Shown here in pieces: positions 42,611-55,558 of a stretch of DNA of 64,000 nucleotides (within the stretch, counting starts at the first letter, position 1; each line of letters opens with the position of its first letter). Source of the DNA: the human T2T-CHM13v2.0 reference genome, Homo sapiens; NCBI RefSeq assembly GCF_009914755.1, contig NC_060942.1; one strand, 5' to 3'. Below the pieces are notes generated by a model, which made no database searches, was not told the origin of the DNA, and worked only from the letters and a program-made list of their open reading frames with translations. The translations under genes and the position numbers were made by a program.

Positions 42611-43890
42611 TTATATATTAATATATATTTATATATATTTATATATACTTATATATATTTATATATATATTTATATATTTATATATACTTATATATATTT
42701 ATATATATATTTATATATATATTTATATATATTTATATATATATATTTATATATATATATATTTATATATATATATTTATATATATATATTTATATATAT
42801 ATTTATATATATATATTTATATATATATATATTTATATATATATTTATATATATATATTTATATATATATATTTATATATATATTTATATATATATTTAT
42901 ATATATTTATATATATATTTATATATATATTTATATATATTTATATATATATTTATATATATATTTATATATATATTTATATATATATTTATATATATAT
43001 TTATATATATATTTATATATATATTTATATATATATTTATATATATTTATATATATTTATATATATATATTTATATATATTTATATATATATTTATATAT
43101 ATTTATATATATATTTATATATATTTATATATATATTTATATATATTTATATATATTTATATATATATTTATATATATTTATATATATATTTATATATAT
43201 ATTTATATATATTTATATATATATTTATATATATATTTATATATATTTATATATATATATTTATATATATATTTATATATATTTATATATATATTTATAT
43301 ATATATATTTATATATATTTATATATATATTTATATATATATTTATATATATATTTATATATATTTTTTATATATATTTATATATATTTTTTATATATAT
43401 TTATATATATATTTATATATTTATATATATATTTATATATATATTTTTATATATATATTTATATATATATTTTTATATATTTTTATATATATATATATAC
43501 ACACACATACACACACTATGGATACTATATAGCAACAAGAATAAGTGAAATACTGTCCTTCACAGCAACATAGATGGAGCTAGAGGCCATTATCTTAAGT
43601 GAAATAACTCAGAAACAGAAAATCAAATACTGCAGGTTCTTACTTAAAAGTGAGCTAAATGATGGGTAATTATGGGCATAAAGATGGAAATAATATAAAT
43701 TGGGGTCTCCAATGCGGGGAGGTGAAGGGAAAAGTGGCAGGGCATAGAGGGTTAATAAATTACCTATTGGATACAATGGTCACAATTTGGATGATGGGTT
43801 CACTAGAAGTCCAAACCTCACCATTATGCAATATATTCATGTAACCAACCTGCACATGTACACCCTGAATCTAAAACAAAATTTTAAAAA
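42128..43890 (+). mobile_element. L1PB-like 3' end (sense part), split by the A/T repeat expansion
   Basis: CTACTGGGCATCTAT (LLGIY)...GAAGAAAATGTG, then the repeat, then ACTATGGATACTAT...ACCTGCACATGTACACCCTGAATCTAAAAC. Confidence 0.88.
42273..43499. repeat. 1.23-kb interrupted (TA)n / (ATATATATTT)n A/T repeat
   Basis: I see only three non-A/T bases (G42345, C42648, C42688). It is followed by a short (CA)n. Confidence 0.98.
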
Positions 43891-44270
43891 ACAGCAAATC
43901 AACAATGAAAATTATTCTATGGTTTAACACATTCCCTGCCAGTGACTAGAGAAGATGCAAGGAATGCTCCAGCCCCTAAGAAATGTTCCTTGGAAAGTTC
44001 TGTTGGTTTTCAGGACCTCAGTCAAAAATATTTGAGTACCGCTTAGGGCTTCAGTTCTAGCAAAAAAAAATGAGTGAAAATTTATTTTAAAGGTGTTGTT
44101 TTGCTTTATATGCCAGACATAAATTAGGAAAGGTTTGCAAATGTCAAATGCCCTTTATAATCACCAAAGCTGTGAAGTACAGAATCATGGAAAATGTATA
44201 CTTTGGGGTCAATATTTCTTTGAACCTGAATTTGTACAGAAATAAGTATGCCTATTCCCTCATGGGCATC

Positions 44271-44875
44271 ACTTACAATACTCTATTGTGTGTTCAGAGC
44301 CTTTCCCCAAGGGAGTATCTCCTAGATCTTTTGCAATTATACATTAATTAACGTATTTCATACATTGCTACAATACAGACCGCAAAACCACTTAAAAGTA
44401 TTGAACCTCAGATTTCTACACTCCTGTAATATTTGGGGGATGCTCCAGTTGAACTTGCAGTCTATTCCAACTGAAGAGAATGTGCTGTGTCTTAATGTAA
44501 GGAATACAATCTAGCTTTTCAAATATCTTCCATCTGACAATGTGTGAGATAGATGCATTAATGTATCATTGCAAAAGAACTAGGAGATGCCACTCAGGAA
44601 CTAATCATAGAGGAATGGCTCTGAACACACAATAGAGTATTGTGAGTCTAAATAGATTATTTTACAAATTAGAAATCGAATAGCTGAGGATATTACATTG
44701 CTATAATACGGACCACAAAACCACTTAGAAGCACTTCAACCTCAGATTCCTACACTCTTTCTATGGTATTCCCATGATGCTCCAATTGAATTGCAATCTA
44801 TATGAACTACAGACAATGTGCTATGTCCTATGTAAGGAATACAATCTGGCTTTTCAAATATCTTCCATCTGACAA
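44271..44875. repeat. Local complex duplication: inverted repeat (44271-44348 vs 44557-44647) plus direct repeat (44361-44540 vs 44694-44875)
   Basis: Manual alignment. ACTTACAATACTCTATTGTGTGTTCAGAGC pairs with GCTCTGAACACACAATAGAGTATTGTGAGT, and TGTAAGGAATACAATCT(A/G)GCTTTTCAAATATCTTCCATCTGACAA occurs twice. Confidence 0.9.
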
Positions 44876-45885
44876 GAGAGAAATTTGTAAATTTAAAAAA
44901 CTAAAAAGAAAAGCATGTTATATATGAATGACATAGCTATATTCTTTTTGAAGACATTCCAAAACTAACAGAATAATTAAAGGAAGTAGCTCAGAAGAGT
45001 TAACATAATTTATCCCGAAGTAAAGAATGTTTCACATAGTTTTAAAAAATTAAAGCAAAGAATGATCAAGAATGGCTGAAAAGGAGATGGGTATTCTTAC
45101 TAAAGAAGAAACAATGAGAATGTGTGCCATATCATATATGCATATTCATGTTTTATCTAATGACCTGCTTGCTCTTTCCCTTCACCCATCAGATGCCCTT
45201 CCCTACCCTTACCCCTGCCAATACAGCACAAGCATACTAGCAAAGGAACAGGACACTTGATCAATTTTCACTTACCTAGCATATTGAGATGGGTAGGAGT
45301 AATTAACTACAATTTGGGTCTTGTCAGGACACCTACTTTAGCTTGGAAACTGCTGCACCCTCACTGTAATTACCTCATCGATCATCACCTCCTTGTATAT
45401 TTAAACTATGTCGGTAATGAGTGGGCAGCTGTTAAAACCATTAGGCAAAAAATCTGCCTGAAAAATTAGCTGTATTTAAAGCTTCAAATGACATTATGTG
45501 CAAATTACATTCTACCAATCCGTAAAGTATACTAACTGCCTCAGATAAAGGTCTTCTCTGGGTAAACGCTCAAAATAAATTTAAAAAGCAAAAGTCATCT
45601 TTTTAGTCCTGCTGGGGATGGTGTAGTTATAACAGGAACTGTTGGCCAATTTGAAAATATCATGGATCGAACTACCATCCTTTAGAAACCTCGTACCCAT
45701 TTCAAGTCAAGGAGAGTTGTGGCCACTCTAACTTAAAAAGGCCAGAATAGTGGGAAGGATTTTCCAAAATGGCCCTAAACCATCAAATGGAGATCTCTGA
45801 CCTTACACCACCAAGATTCGTAGACATTCAGCCAAGTATTCAGTACAATTGCTTTAGATGCTAAAAATAGCAGTTAATATTTTAT

Positions 45886-46060
45886 GATAGAGGTTCTCAC
45901 AACTTTCTGCATGGCAGTGATAACAGCTGGAGGTATGTATGTCAGTCACGACCCGCCCTATCTCAGATCAATCAAATTACATTTTTAGTCATTGGGACCT
46001 TGGTGTGACTATTTACTGCATCTCGTCTGATGAGCAGCCACGACTGAGAATATTACTTTA
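45886..46060. mobile_element. MER5-like hAT-Charlie MITE remnant
   Basis: Ends AGAGGTTCTCAC and CTGATGAGCAGCCACGACTGAGAATATTACTTTAG resemble MER5 termini. Confidence 0.5.
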
Positions 46061-48034
46061 GACTGACTACAACTAAACTCAAACACCTTTGGCTAAAATC
46101 AGTGACCCCAATGCATTACCTAATAGAAGTCAGGAACAAATATCCCATTAACACCACATATTTTTACTTTCCATCCATTTAGTTTTAAATACTAAAATCT
46201 CATTTCCCAGAAGTAAAAAATACATTATCAAGGATAAATCAGAATCTTAATCATAGAGAATGATTTTTGAATTCACTTTTTGGATAAGGCAGTTGAAGAA
46301 ACTGAGTGGTTAGGAGGTCAATAGGTGAACGAAAATGAAGAGGGAATAGATTTAGTATTGAATCTACTCAGTAATGCATGGACTCCTCTCCTCTGCACAA
46401 ACTAAGTACACACGAATCAAAATCCTATAACCAGCAGCCTCAACACAGCCAGTGTAGAAAATTAGCTTCTTAAGGTTAATGTTCATACTAGGCCAGATAT
46501 AAGCAGACTAACTGAATAGAGGAATGGCAATGGGGTCATTTTCCTTTTAATTTAAGGGAGCCCGTGTTCTTCATGTTAACGAAGAATTCACCCAGAGATT
46601 AATGTGACCAATCTATTCATGTTTTTCTGGTTATCATTTACATTTCATTTATGAGGAAACCAATTAAAATAACTTTGATAAGATCAAAATCAGAATCTAC
46701 CCACCACGTTTAGCATTTAAAAAAATTCTCATTTAGCTGACATACTTAAACACTGAGCAATGTTTTCTTTAAAAAATCTATGAACATTTTCCAATTTTCA
46801 GCACCACAAAAATAAAAAGTAAATTACAACAAAAACACAATGTTAATTTCAAGCTCCATTAGAAACACAGGGTGGGGAAAAGCTACTGTTTTCCAATTGA
46901 TAATGATAAAATTAGTAGGGAACCAAATCCCATTTAAAGCCTTAAAAGTGGATTGCAAACAAAAGGCAGCAAAGAAAAAAAAATCATCTATGAAAAACTT
47001 TGACTATCATTTTAAGGCACATTATCTCACTTAATGGAAATAGATAGCACTCAATTTCATTAGTTTCCATAAAATGAGGTAATGTGCTGTAAAAGTAAAG
47101 CATTTGTAGGGAAAAAAATTACAATTTAAAGTTTGATGCTAACTAAATGCTAAAACCCTGTATAATATCTTTGCTGTGTGTTGATGTATTCAATGCTATG
47201 TTCCACTGCAGCCTGAATTACTCAAGAGATAAGGTTTCATCAAAATAAGCAAGTTTAATTGCTCTATTTAATAGGTATCTAAGCTATTTCTTCAGCTTAT
47301 TTCTCTAACTAATTATTTGGATAAAGTGGAGGATAAAATTTAGTATGAAAGAAATAATTAAACATGAATAACTATGTTACAAAGTGATATTAATTTATTT
47401 TCAACTGACATCAATAATTAACATCTATTATATACGTATTTGGTGAAATTTTCATTCTATACTTCATGTACCTTAATCATACACTTCAATGTGCATTTTA
47501 AAGATGCACATTCTCTATGTTCAAAGGCATTCTCAATATACTATTCTTTTTTAAATAAAACAAAATTTACAATACTTCAGAGATTAACAGTGTTAAACAG
47601 AATGATGCTAGGAAACTTACACTTCCTGAACTGAGGATGGAACCATCCAGTGACCTTTATAATCAATGTAATTGGTGAAGTCTCTTAGACAGTGGAAAGA
47701 TGCTACAGTGCACCAATGTCTTTAGTACTAGGAAAACTCTACCTTCTCATACAGATTGCAAATATAACCTTTCTTCAAGAAAGTATGCTGATTTAAAATG
47801 CTTACAACTAAAAAAGCTTTATTTAAAAATGGTCATTCATATTTTATTCCACGTTAAATCTAAATATTTAGTTTTTTAGAAAACCCAGTTTAAGATATAA
47901 AGAATGTAGCATTGGCTCTTAGGTGATATTGACTTTCTTTATATAAACTTTATTAAAAGGATGCCAGACTAAAACAAATTTTATACTTGTTCTCTACTGC
48001 ATAAACTTCATGAAAATACAGAAGGTGTTTCTTT

Positions 48035-48200
48035 TATATATACATATATAAATATATATACATATATAATATATAAACATATATAATATATACACACATA
48101 TATTATATACATATGTATACATATGTATACATATAATATATACATAATATATACATATATAATATATACGTATATTATATACGTATATATAATATATATA
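48035..48200. repeat. AT-rich low-complexity (TA/TACA) repeat
   Basis: Read directly from the sequence. Confidence 0.9.
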
Positions 48201-48201
48201 C

Positions 48202-48271
48202 TTTTTTAAATTTTATTATACTTTAAGTTCTAGGGTACATGTGCCCAACGTGCAGGTTTGATACATATGTA
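48202..48271 (-). mobile_element. Tiny L1PA 3' terminal fragment
   Basis: TTATTATACTTTAAGTTCTAGGGTACATGTGCCCAACGTGCAGGTTTG. Confidence 0.85.
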
Positions 48272-48417
48272 TCCTATTTAGTAAATATTCCATTGGTTGA
48301 TGCAAGTTTCAAGCTTTGGTAAGAAAAGCACCCTCTGATTACTTCTAAAGGGAGAAAAATGCAGCATGGTTGATGTAATTTGCTTATTTTATAATATGTC
48401 AAAATATTTTCACAGTA

Positions 48418-48648
48418 TTTTTTTATTTTTATTTTTATTTATTTATTTTTTTGAGACAGGGTCGTGCTCTGCCACCCAGGCTTGGGTGCAGTGGTACTAT
48501 CATGGCTCACTGCTGCCTCAAAGTCCCGGGCTCAAGTGATCCTCCTTCCTCAGCCTCCCTAGTAGTTATGACTATGGGTTGTGCCACCATGTCTGGCTAA
48601 TTAAAAAAAAAAAATCTAGAAACAGGATCTCCCTATATTGTTCAGGCT
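48418..48648 (-). mobile_element. AluJ, 5'-truncated
   Basis: GAGACAGGGTC...GGGCTCAAGTGATCCTCC is of J type. (TTTA)n tail and a likely TSD AGTATTTT. Confidence 0.9.
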
Positions 48649-50649
48649 AGTATTTTCAATTATGTAAATACTTTATAGATCCTGTATTTCCTGTGCTTTT
48701 CATCTTTTTGTTTGCTCGTTTTTTCTGTGTTTTACTTCTTAGAAATCTGAGGTTCTTTTTCGTCCCAATCCTATTAATTAGTGAAGAAAGAAAGCAACAA
48801 CTAAAATATATGTATTTATCCTAATCAGTTAATTTTGATCAGGTCCAATATTTTCAATGGTCTCTAAAGGTATATATCACTCTTGTTTGAAGGACTTGCC
48901 TAAATTATCACTTTTTCAGGTTCCCATATGCTTTAGTGTCTGTCTTTAAGGTGGTGTTCCAAAATACAGGTGTGACTTCAGGGTGAGGAAAAAGCATGTG
49001 TCCTCAGCTCATGTTTTCCACTAGCTCCTCATTAGTCGGCTCCATGATCTGCTGACCACCAAGATTTGACTGGATATATAAGACTTTTTTGGGGAGGAAG
49101 GTACAATTTTGTGGTACTCACTGCTGGAATTTGCTTTCTCATCAATTGCTACCAATCTCAAAGTTCCCAGACACTGTAGATTCTCCCTAGTTTCATCACT
49201 CTACCAGCAGACTGACCTTCTCAGAACCGTAACGCTGTGACTCAGAGGGTGCCAAAATTTTTATATCTTAGGGCACTATGAGTTGGCCACAGGGAATCAG
49301 GAAATGCTATGAGTGTTATTCTAGTCAACTTTAGTAAACATCTCAGCAACATCATTTCTTTCCTCACTTTTTTAAAGAGGTCTCTCTTTCGTGTTTCTCC
49401 TACAGATTTCTTCTGACATGTTCGTTGGAGTATGCCATTATTCCACAATTCCCAGACCTCCTTTACGCACGATATTTCTAAAACCCATCCATGTTCAGGC
49501 CTGGGGGTGGGACTGGGAGTGGTTGGAAAAGCAGGCATTGCCTTCCCTCATTTTTTTTTTTATTTTCTTCAGTTCATTTAAATCACATTCACCTGGAAGT
49601 ATCAAAAAAAGAGTATGCCATCAGGAGCAGTATATAAGAATACTGTGAGCTCTTTAGGGACCTCTATAGCTGAAGGTTGAAAAAGCACTTTCTAGTTATA
49701 TTACATGGAAATCATTTAGACAAGATGGGGCCCCACATTCCTCCAAACAGGGCCTAGTGCTCCACCAAACTCCTAAAACTTGGTGAAGTTGCCCCCAAGC
49801 TTCCCAGAGTAAAGGTCAAAATATTGTTATGTTTATAGTAATAACTAAAATTTCCTTATTTCATAAGAATAGCACAAATATTTGGGCCTTTTAAAATGAA
49901 ATTGTATCAAGCTATCTGGTAGTTAGAGAAATTCATAAAGCACCTTTAAATATCGCTCAGCTCCAGCCCCTCTGATGCCCAGGAAGTCACTGAGGTACAA
50001 TCCCTTCACACTGGGCTCATTGCTCTGAGAATAAAAGCAGCAGTTTGGTTTTCCCATGGTGGAAAGTCCCAGAAGTGAAAACAGAACTGCTTTATTTCTG
50101 GTCTTCAGGGTCCTGACCCATGCTGTGTCCTGCCTTTATATCCACTATGGGTGGTAGTTCCTTAGTCCTAAAGCAGCTGCTTATGCCCAGTGTTTTACAG
50201 AGTCCTAGGCTTCCTCCAACAGATTTTGCCATTTGACTCTGATGAGTGTTCCTTTGTCCAGTCTAAGACAATATCTACTCAATTGCAGTCACCTGGCCAG
50301 CAAAAATCTCCTAGCCGAAGTATCACCTTTTGACTCTGCTCACTGGTTCAGTATTTCCAGACATATTTGAATCCAACTTTTAACTCGACTGGATCAACTA
50401 TATTGTAATTTGCTATTTTATCCCTGATTGATAATTGTTTCAATATGTTTTATAAATCTACTTAATTGAAAGTAAAAATGTTGAATATCAATTTTTATAA
50501 ATATTTAAGAAAGTGGAGTTCTCCAAGTCATAAAATATAAAAGTAGAAAGATGGGTTTTATCCTTAATTGATGATAATTTCAACATGTTTCTCAAGTCTT
50601 CAAATATTTAAGAAACAAAAGTTCTTCAAGTTTTTGCCCAACACACACA

Positions 50650-50950
50650 TACTTAGAATAAGAATACCAAGACAGTTGGTTTACAGATTGGAAAAAAAGG
50701 CATGAAATGATTTTTAAGTGCAATTAGCATGATTGCCTGCATAGAAGATCCAGAATAATATACCATAAAATTTGCAGAACTAGGTGAGTCTAGAAAATTT
50801 GCAATACACACAACAAATTTCAAAGCAACTGTATTTTACCTATACTATCAATAAATAACTTGACAACCAAATTTTAAAAGTAATATTATAACATGATCAA
50901 AGCACATGGAACTTTCAGGAATAAATCTAACAAAAATGTGTGCAAGATTT
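50650..50950 (+). mobile_element. Old L1M ORF2 (RT region) fragment
   Basis: CAGATTGGAAAAAAAGG...CATGATTGCCTGCATAGAAGATCC...GGAATAAATCTAACAAAAATGTGTGCAAGA. Confidence 0.65.
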
Positions 50951-51163
50951 TGCCTTCTCTCTTTTTCTGAAAGCCACTTATTTCTGGTTTTATTTACAAC
51001 TATAGGAAAACACTCTATCATAGAATATTGCTTTTTAGCTGAGAATATATCTGTTTAAATACAACTACATAAAACAAGTTAGACATTTAATGAAACTTTC
51101 TTATAACAAAAGAAAATCAACCTTATAAGGCAAAACTAAACCTACCTAAAAACATATTCTGTT

Positions 51164-51469
51164 GGCTGGGCGTGGTGGCTCACGCCTGTAATCCCAGAAT
51201 TTTGGGAGGCCGGATCATGAGGTCAGGAGATTGAGACCATCCTGGCTAACACAGTGAAACCCCCGTCTCCACTAAAAATTCAAAAAAGAAAAATTAGCCG
51301 GGCATGGTGGCGGGCGCCTGTAGTCCCAGCTACTCGGGAGGCTGAGGCAGCAGAATGGCGTGAACCCGGGGAGGCGGAGCTTGCAGTGAGCTGAAATTGC
51401 TCCACTGCAATCCAGCCTGGGCGACAGAGCTAGACTCCGAAAAAAAAAAAAAAAAAAAAAAGAAAGAAA

Positions 51470-51523
<54 letters not shown>

Positions 51524-51529
51524 AAAAAG
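51164..51529 (+). mobile_element. AluY with a small left-arm deletion and a poly-A/(GAAA)n tail
   Basis: Y-type AGAATGGCGTGAACCCGG and GGAGCTTGCAG. Perfect 16-bp TSD AAAAACATATTCTGTT at 51148-51163 and 51530-51545. Confidence 0.96.
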
Positions 51530-51530
51530 A
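51440..51530. repeat. Poly-A plus (GAAA)n tetranucleotide STR in the Alu tail
   Basis: Read directly from the sequence. Confidence 0.95.
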
Positions 51531-52020
51531 AAAACATATTCTGTTGCTTTACTTAATACACTCTAAGTTTATTGAAAACCTCCTTACAAATTTTCTATAT
51601 ATCATGTAAGTTCAAAAAAATAGAGATTTGACCTATTGACATAAAAGCATGGGAATCATATCCAATGTATCTTCTACAAAATATGAGCTCCTTTGGATAA
51701 CGTATTATGCCTAATACTTATTTATTTGACCTGAATTCAACACATTTTTTGGACCATGTAAAGCACCTAATAAACCTTACAATAATTCATTCCTTTGCAA
51801 ATAACATTTTATATTCAAATATATTCTTTAAAACTTTGAACTTCTCTATAACGTAGTGTTGCACTTGAGGTATTTGGTTATATGTTAGTCATTTGTCATT
51901 ATCACCTTTAGCTCTTAGAGTGCCCATGATATCCTTTGAAGATGCTTAACTGACGTCTGTTGACTAAATAATTGAAACAGTGGTCACTTTGGCTAATCAT
52001 CATTAATAACATTATATGTT

Positions 52021-52382
52021 TGTATTAATTTGTTTTCACACTGCTATAAAGAACTACCCCAAACTGGGTAATCTATAAAGAATAGAGGTTTAATTGACTC
52101 ACAGCTCTGCGTGGCTGGGGATGCCTCGGGAAACTTACAATCATAGTGGAAGACAAAGGAGAAGCAAGCACCTTCCCACATGGTGGCAGGAGAGACAGAG
52201 TGCAGGGGAAATTGCCGCTTTTAAACCATCAGATCTCCTGAGAAATCACTCACTATCATGAGAACAGCATGGAGGATACTGCCTCCATGATCCAATCACC
52301 TCCCACCATGTCCCTCCCTTGACACCTGGGAATTAGAATTCCAGAGGAGACTTGGGTGGGGACACAGAGCCAAACCATATAA
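52021..52382 (-). mobile_element. THE1D-like MaLR solo LTR
   Basis: TGTATTAATTTGTTTTCACACTGCTATAAAGAAC...GGGTGGGGACACAGAGCCAAACCATAT, with TSD ATGTT/GTGTT (one mismatch). Confidence 0.93.
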
Positions 52383-52699
52383 GTGTTAATCTAGACAGAA
52401 AAAATGTCAACAGTTGCTGTGAGCTTCCTTCACAAAAAACACAATAAAATTAAAAAATAAAAGATAGGGAACATTTCGAGATTGAAGAAACTCTTAGAAA
52501 CGCTCAATCCATTTTCAAAGGACACTTGACATGGCAAAGGTCAGGAAGTCAGGGAGGGAGGCAAGATGTCTGAGTCACAAAGAGTAAAATGTCAAGTAGT
52601 AGTAGGGCATAGATACTGAGAGCTAAAATCTTATGAGTAAATAAGGTCAAGGAACAAGTTTTAGTAACAGGAAGCAGACCAGTGGAAAAATATTGACAA

Positions 52700-52870
52700 A
52701 AGTCCAAGTAGCTGGGAATATTATTGGATCAGAGGATTGTGAGGACTATGATCCTGTAAAGCCTTTTAGTTTTGATTTTACTCTGAGAGAGATGAGGAGC
52801 CATTGGATGTTTTTAAGGAGAGGAGGAAAGTATTTTGAAATAATCAGTCTGTGTCAGACTGATTAGAAAA
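52700..52870 (-). mobile_element. L2 fragment
   Basis: TTTGATTTTACTCTGAGAGAGATGAGGAGCCATTGGATGTTTTTAAG is a typical L2 motif. Confidence 0.55.
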
Positions 52871-53377
52871 GTAGAAAAGCCATGTAATGCAAGACAGGAG
52901 CTGCAAAACCCTGGAGACTTTTAGAAAAGAGAGAGGAAAAATAATATTAAGTACGCAGCAAGTGCAAGGAAATCCTGTCTTTTATCTGTAGGTGTTTGAA
53001 ATCTGAATTTTGGGATAGAAAATAGCATCACTGGAGATGTTTACAGGGGTCACCATGTCCTTGAGGACAGCCAAGTATTAACAGTAGTAGAAAAAGAGGT
53101 TGAGAAAGCAAATCAGGGATTAAAATTTAGGATGTCTTGTTGAGCAACTGACCCACTGTTCCAGCAGACTCTGTGGAATGTCTGGAGATGTAGGAATGCT
53201 TGTGAAAGTGGCTCATAGTGAGAGGCACTGAGTTATATGGGATAAATGTCTGCATGGATAAGGGATAACTTGGGAGCCTAGGGCTTCTTGGAATGTGGGG
53301 CACATCCAGATAACTTCTTGTAGAAGGATCTCTTAGGCAAATTATGATGGTAGAGTGAGTGGAGAGGCAGTGTCTTA

Positions 53378-53824
<447 letters not shown>

Positions 53825-54919
53825 CTATGACAGATTTTCCTCATAGTCTGTGTTAACCATAACACAGTTATGGTGAGTGTTATTAACTAACACACCAAAC
53901 TAGTCAACCATAACTCATCAATAGGAAAAAAAACATCTTTTAGATTCATAAATAAAATTATACTTTAAATAATTTAAGAGAAAAGGATGCAGAATTTAAA
54001 GAAATTCTTCCATTACCATGCAAATTTCATTAATTATACCCAATTATGAGTACATTTAGCATTATGAGCCATAATAATTCACATTATTAATATTTAATAT
54101 GACAGCTGCAAAGTTGTCAAAGAAAATGCAGTATTTTTTTGTCTTTGGTTTATAAGCAAAAGAGGTCAAGGTTTAAATGAGCAGAATAAATTGATTTTAA
54201 GCTCCAGCTCTTCCAATAAAAGTGCAACCTAATTAAGTATAACAGCTACAGCTTTAGACAAATGTAAAACATTCAGTAGAAATTTTGACAAAAATGTATT
54301 TACCACAAATTGGACGTAGCTGTGATGTGTGAAGATGGAAAGAAAAGTAATGAGCTGTTAACAGACATTTTTGACCAAGGAAATATGAATTGCATTTGAC
54401 CACATTTTCCATCTGTTAAGATGAGTTATATAAGAGCTGATAAGCAGATGAAGCACCACAGTCTGGCAGGAAGTTAACTTAAATTATGTGCACCAGTGAG
54501 GAAAGCTACTCTTAAAATCCAGTGAATTGATTCAAAGATCATTTCTTTTCTTTTTGCATACTAAATACAAATGGCTTTCCAGAACACAAGCAAAAAAATG
54601 TTGCCCCAGACTGAGCCAGGCAATTGCCATTGGCATGCAGACTACAGTGATTTTGGAAATCACAATAGAACAAAAGAAAGCAGCAGACATGAAACCTTTA
54701 CATCTTCATGGCTTATCCTGCATTTAGTGTGTTTACTCTCATTAATAGTAAATTTGGTAAGCCCAGACTTTTCTTTGGATTTAATTTAAGTAATAAACAT
54801 GCTCCAAATGAGCAGTGGGAGAACTCTTTCAATGCAAATTTTAAGTTCCACTGAGATTTTTAACTTTGCTTTTAGAATGGAAATGTATTAATATCTACTT
54901 AAACAGCTCTATAAGTTAT

Positions 54920-55558
54920 TTTCACTTTTTATTTTGAAATAATTTCAGAAATAATTACAAAGTGTTTCTGTGTACCCCTTACTCAAATCTCTAACATTAG
55001 CTACTTATAAAACCATGGTACAGTGATCAAAAGTAAAAAAATTAACATTGATAGAGTACTATTTAATTATTAAACTACAGATTATAGTAGGATTTCACCA
55101 TTTTTTCTACTTTTTTTTACTCTATTTTTTTTTCGTTTCAGGATCCAGTCCAGTGTTCCACTTTGCATTTAGTCATTTTTTCTCCTCCAATCTGTAACAG
55201 TTTCTGAGTATTTCCTTGTCTGTCATGACCTTTACACTTTGGAGTACTGACTGGACTGGTATTTTGTAGCTACCCCTTAGTTCGAGTTTGTCTGATATAT
55301 TCTCATTATTAGATTGAGGTTATGTATTTTGGAGAAGAATACCACAGAGTTAGTGTGTACTTTCCAGCATACCATATCTAGTGGCACATGAAGGCAATAC
55401 TTCATTATTACTGGGGATGTCAACCTGGTTCATTGGGATTGAGGTAATATCTGCCAGGTTTCTCTACTGTAAAGTTACTATTTTCCCTGAGTAATTAATA
55501 AATATTTTAATTAATGGATATTTTGAGGCTTTGTCAACATCTATGTCTGCTTAAAATT
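54920..55558 (-). mobile_element. L1MC4/5-like 3' end
   Basis: TTTTATTTTGAAATAATTTCAG...TTCAGGATCCAGTCCAG...TGTCATGACCTT...ATTAGATTGAGGTTATGTATTTTGG. Confidence 0.78.

Noticed and set aside
42273-43499. CRISPR-like or coding repeat array
   Set aside because: There is no repeat-spacer structure. It is low-complexity A/T in a eukaryotic context.
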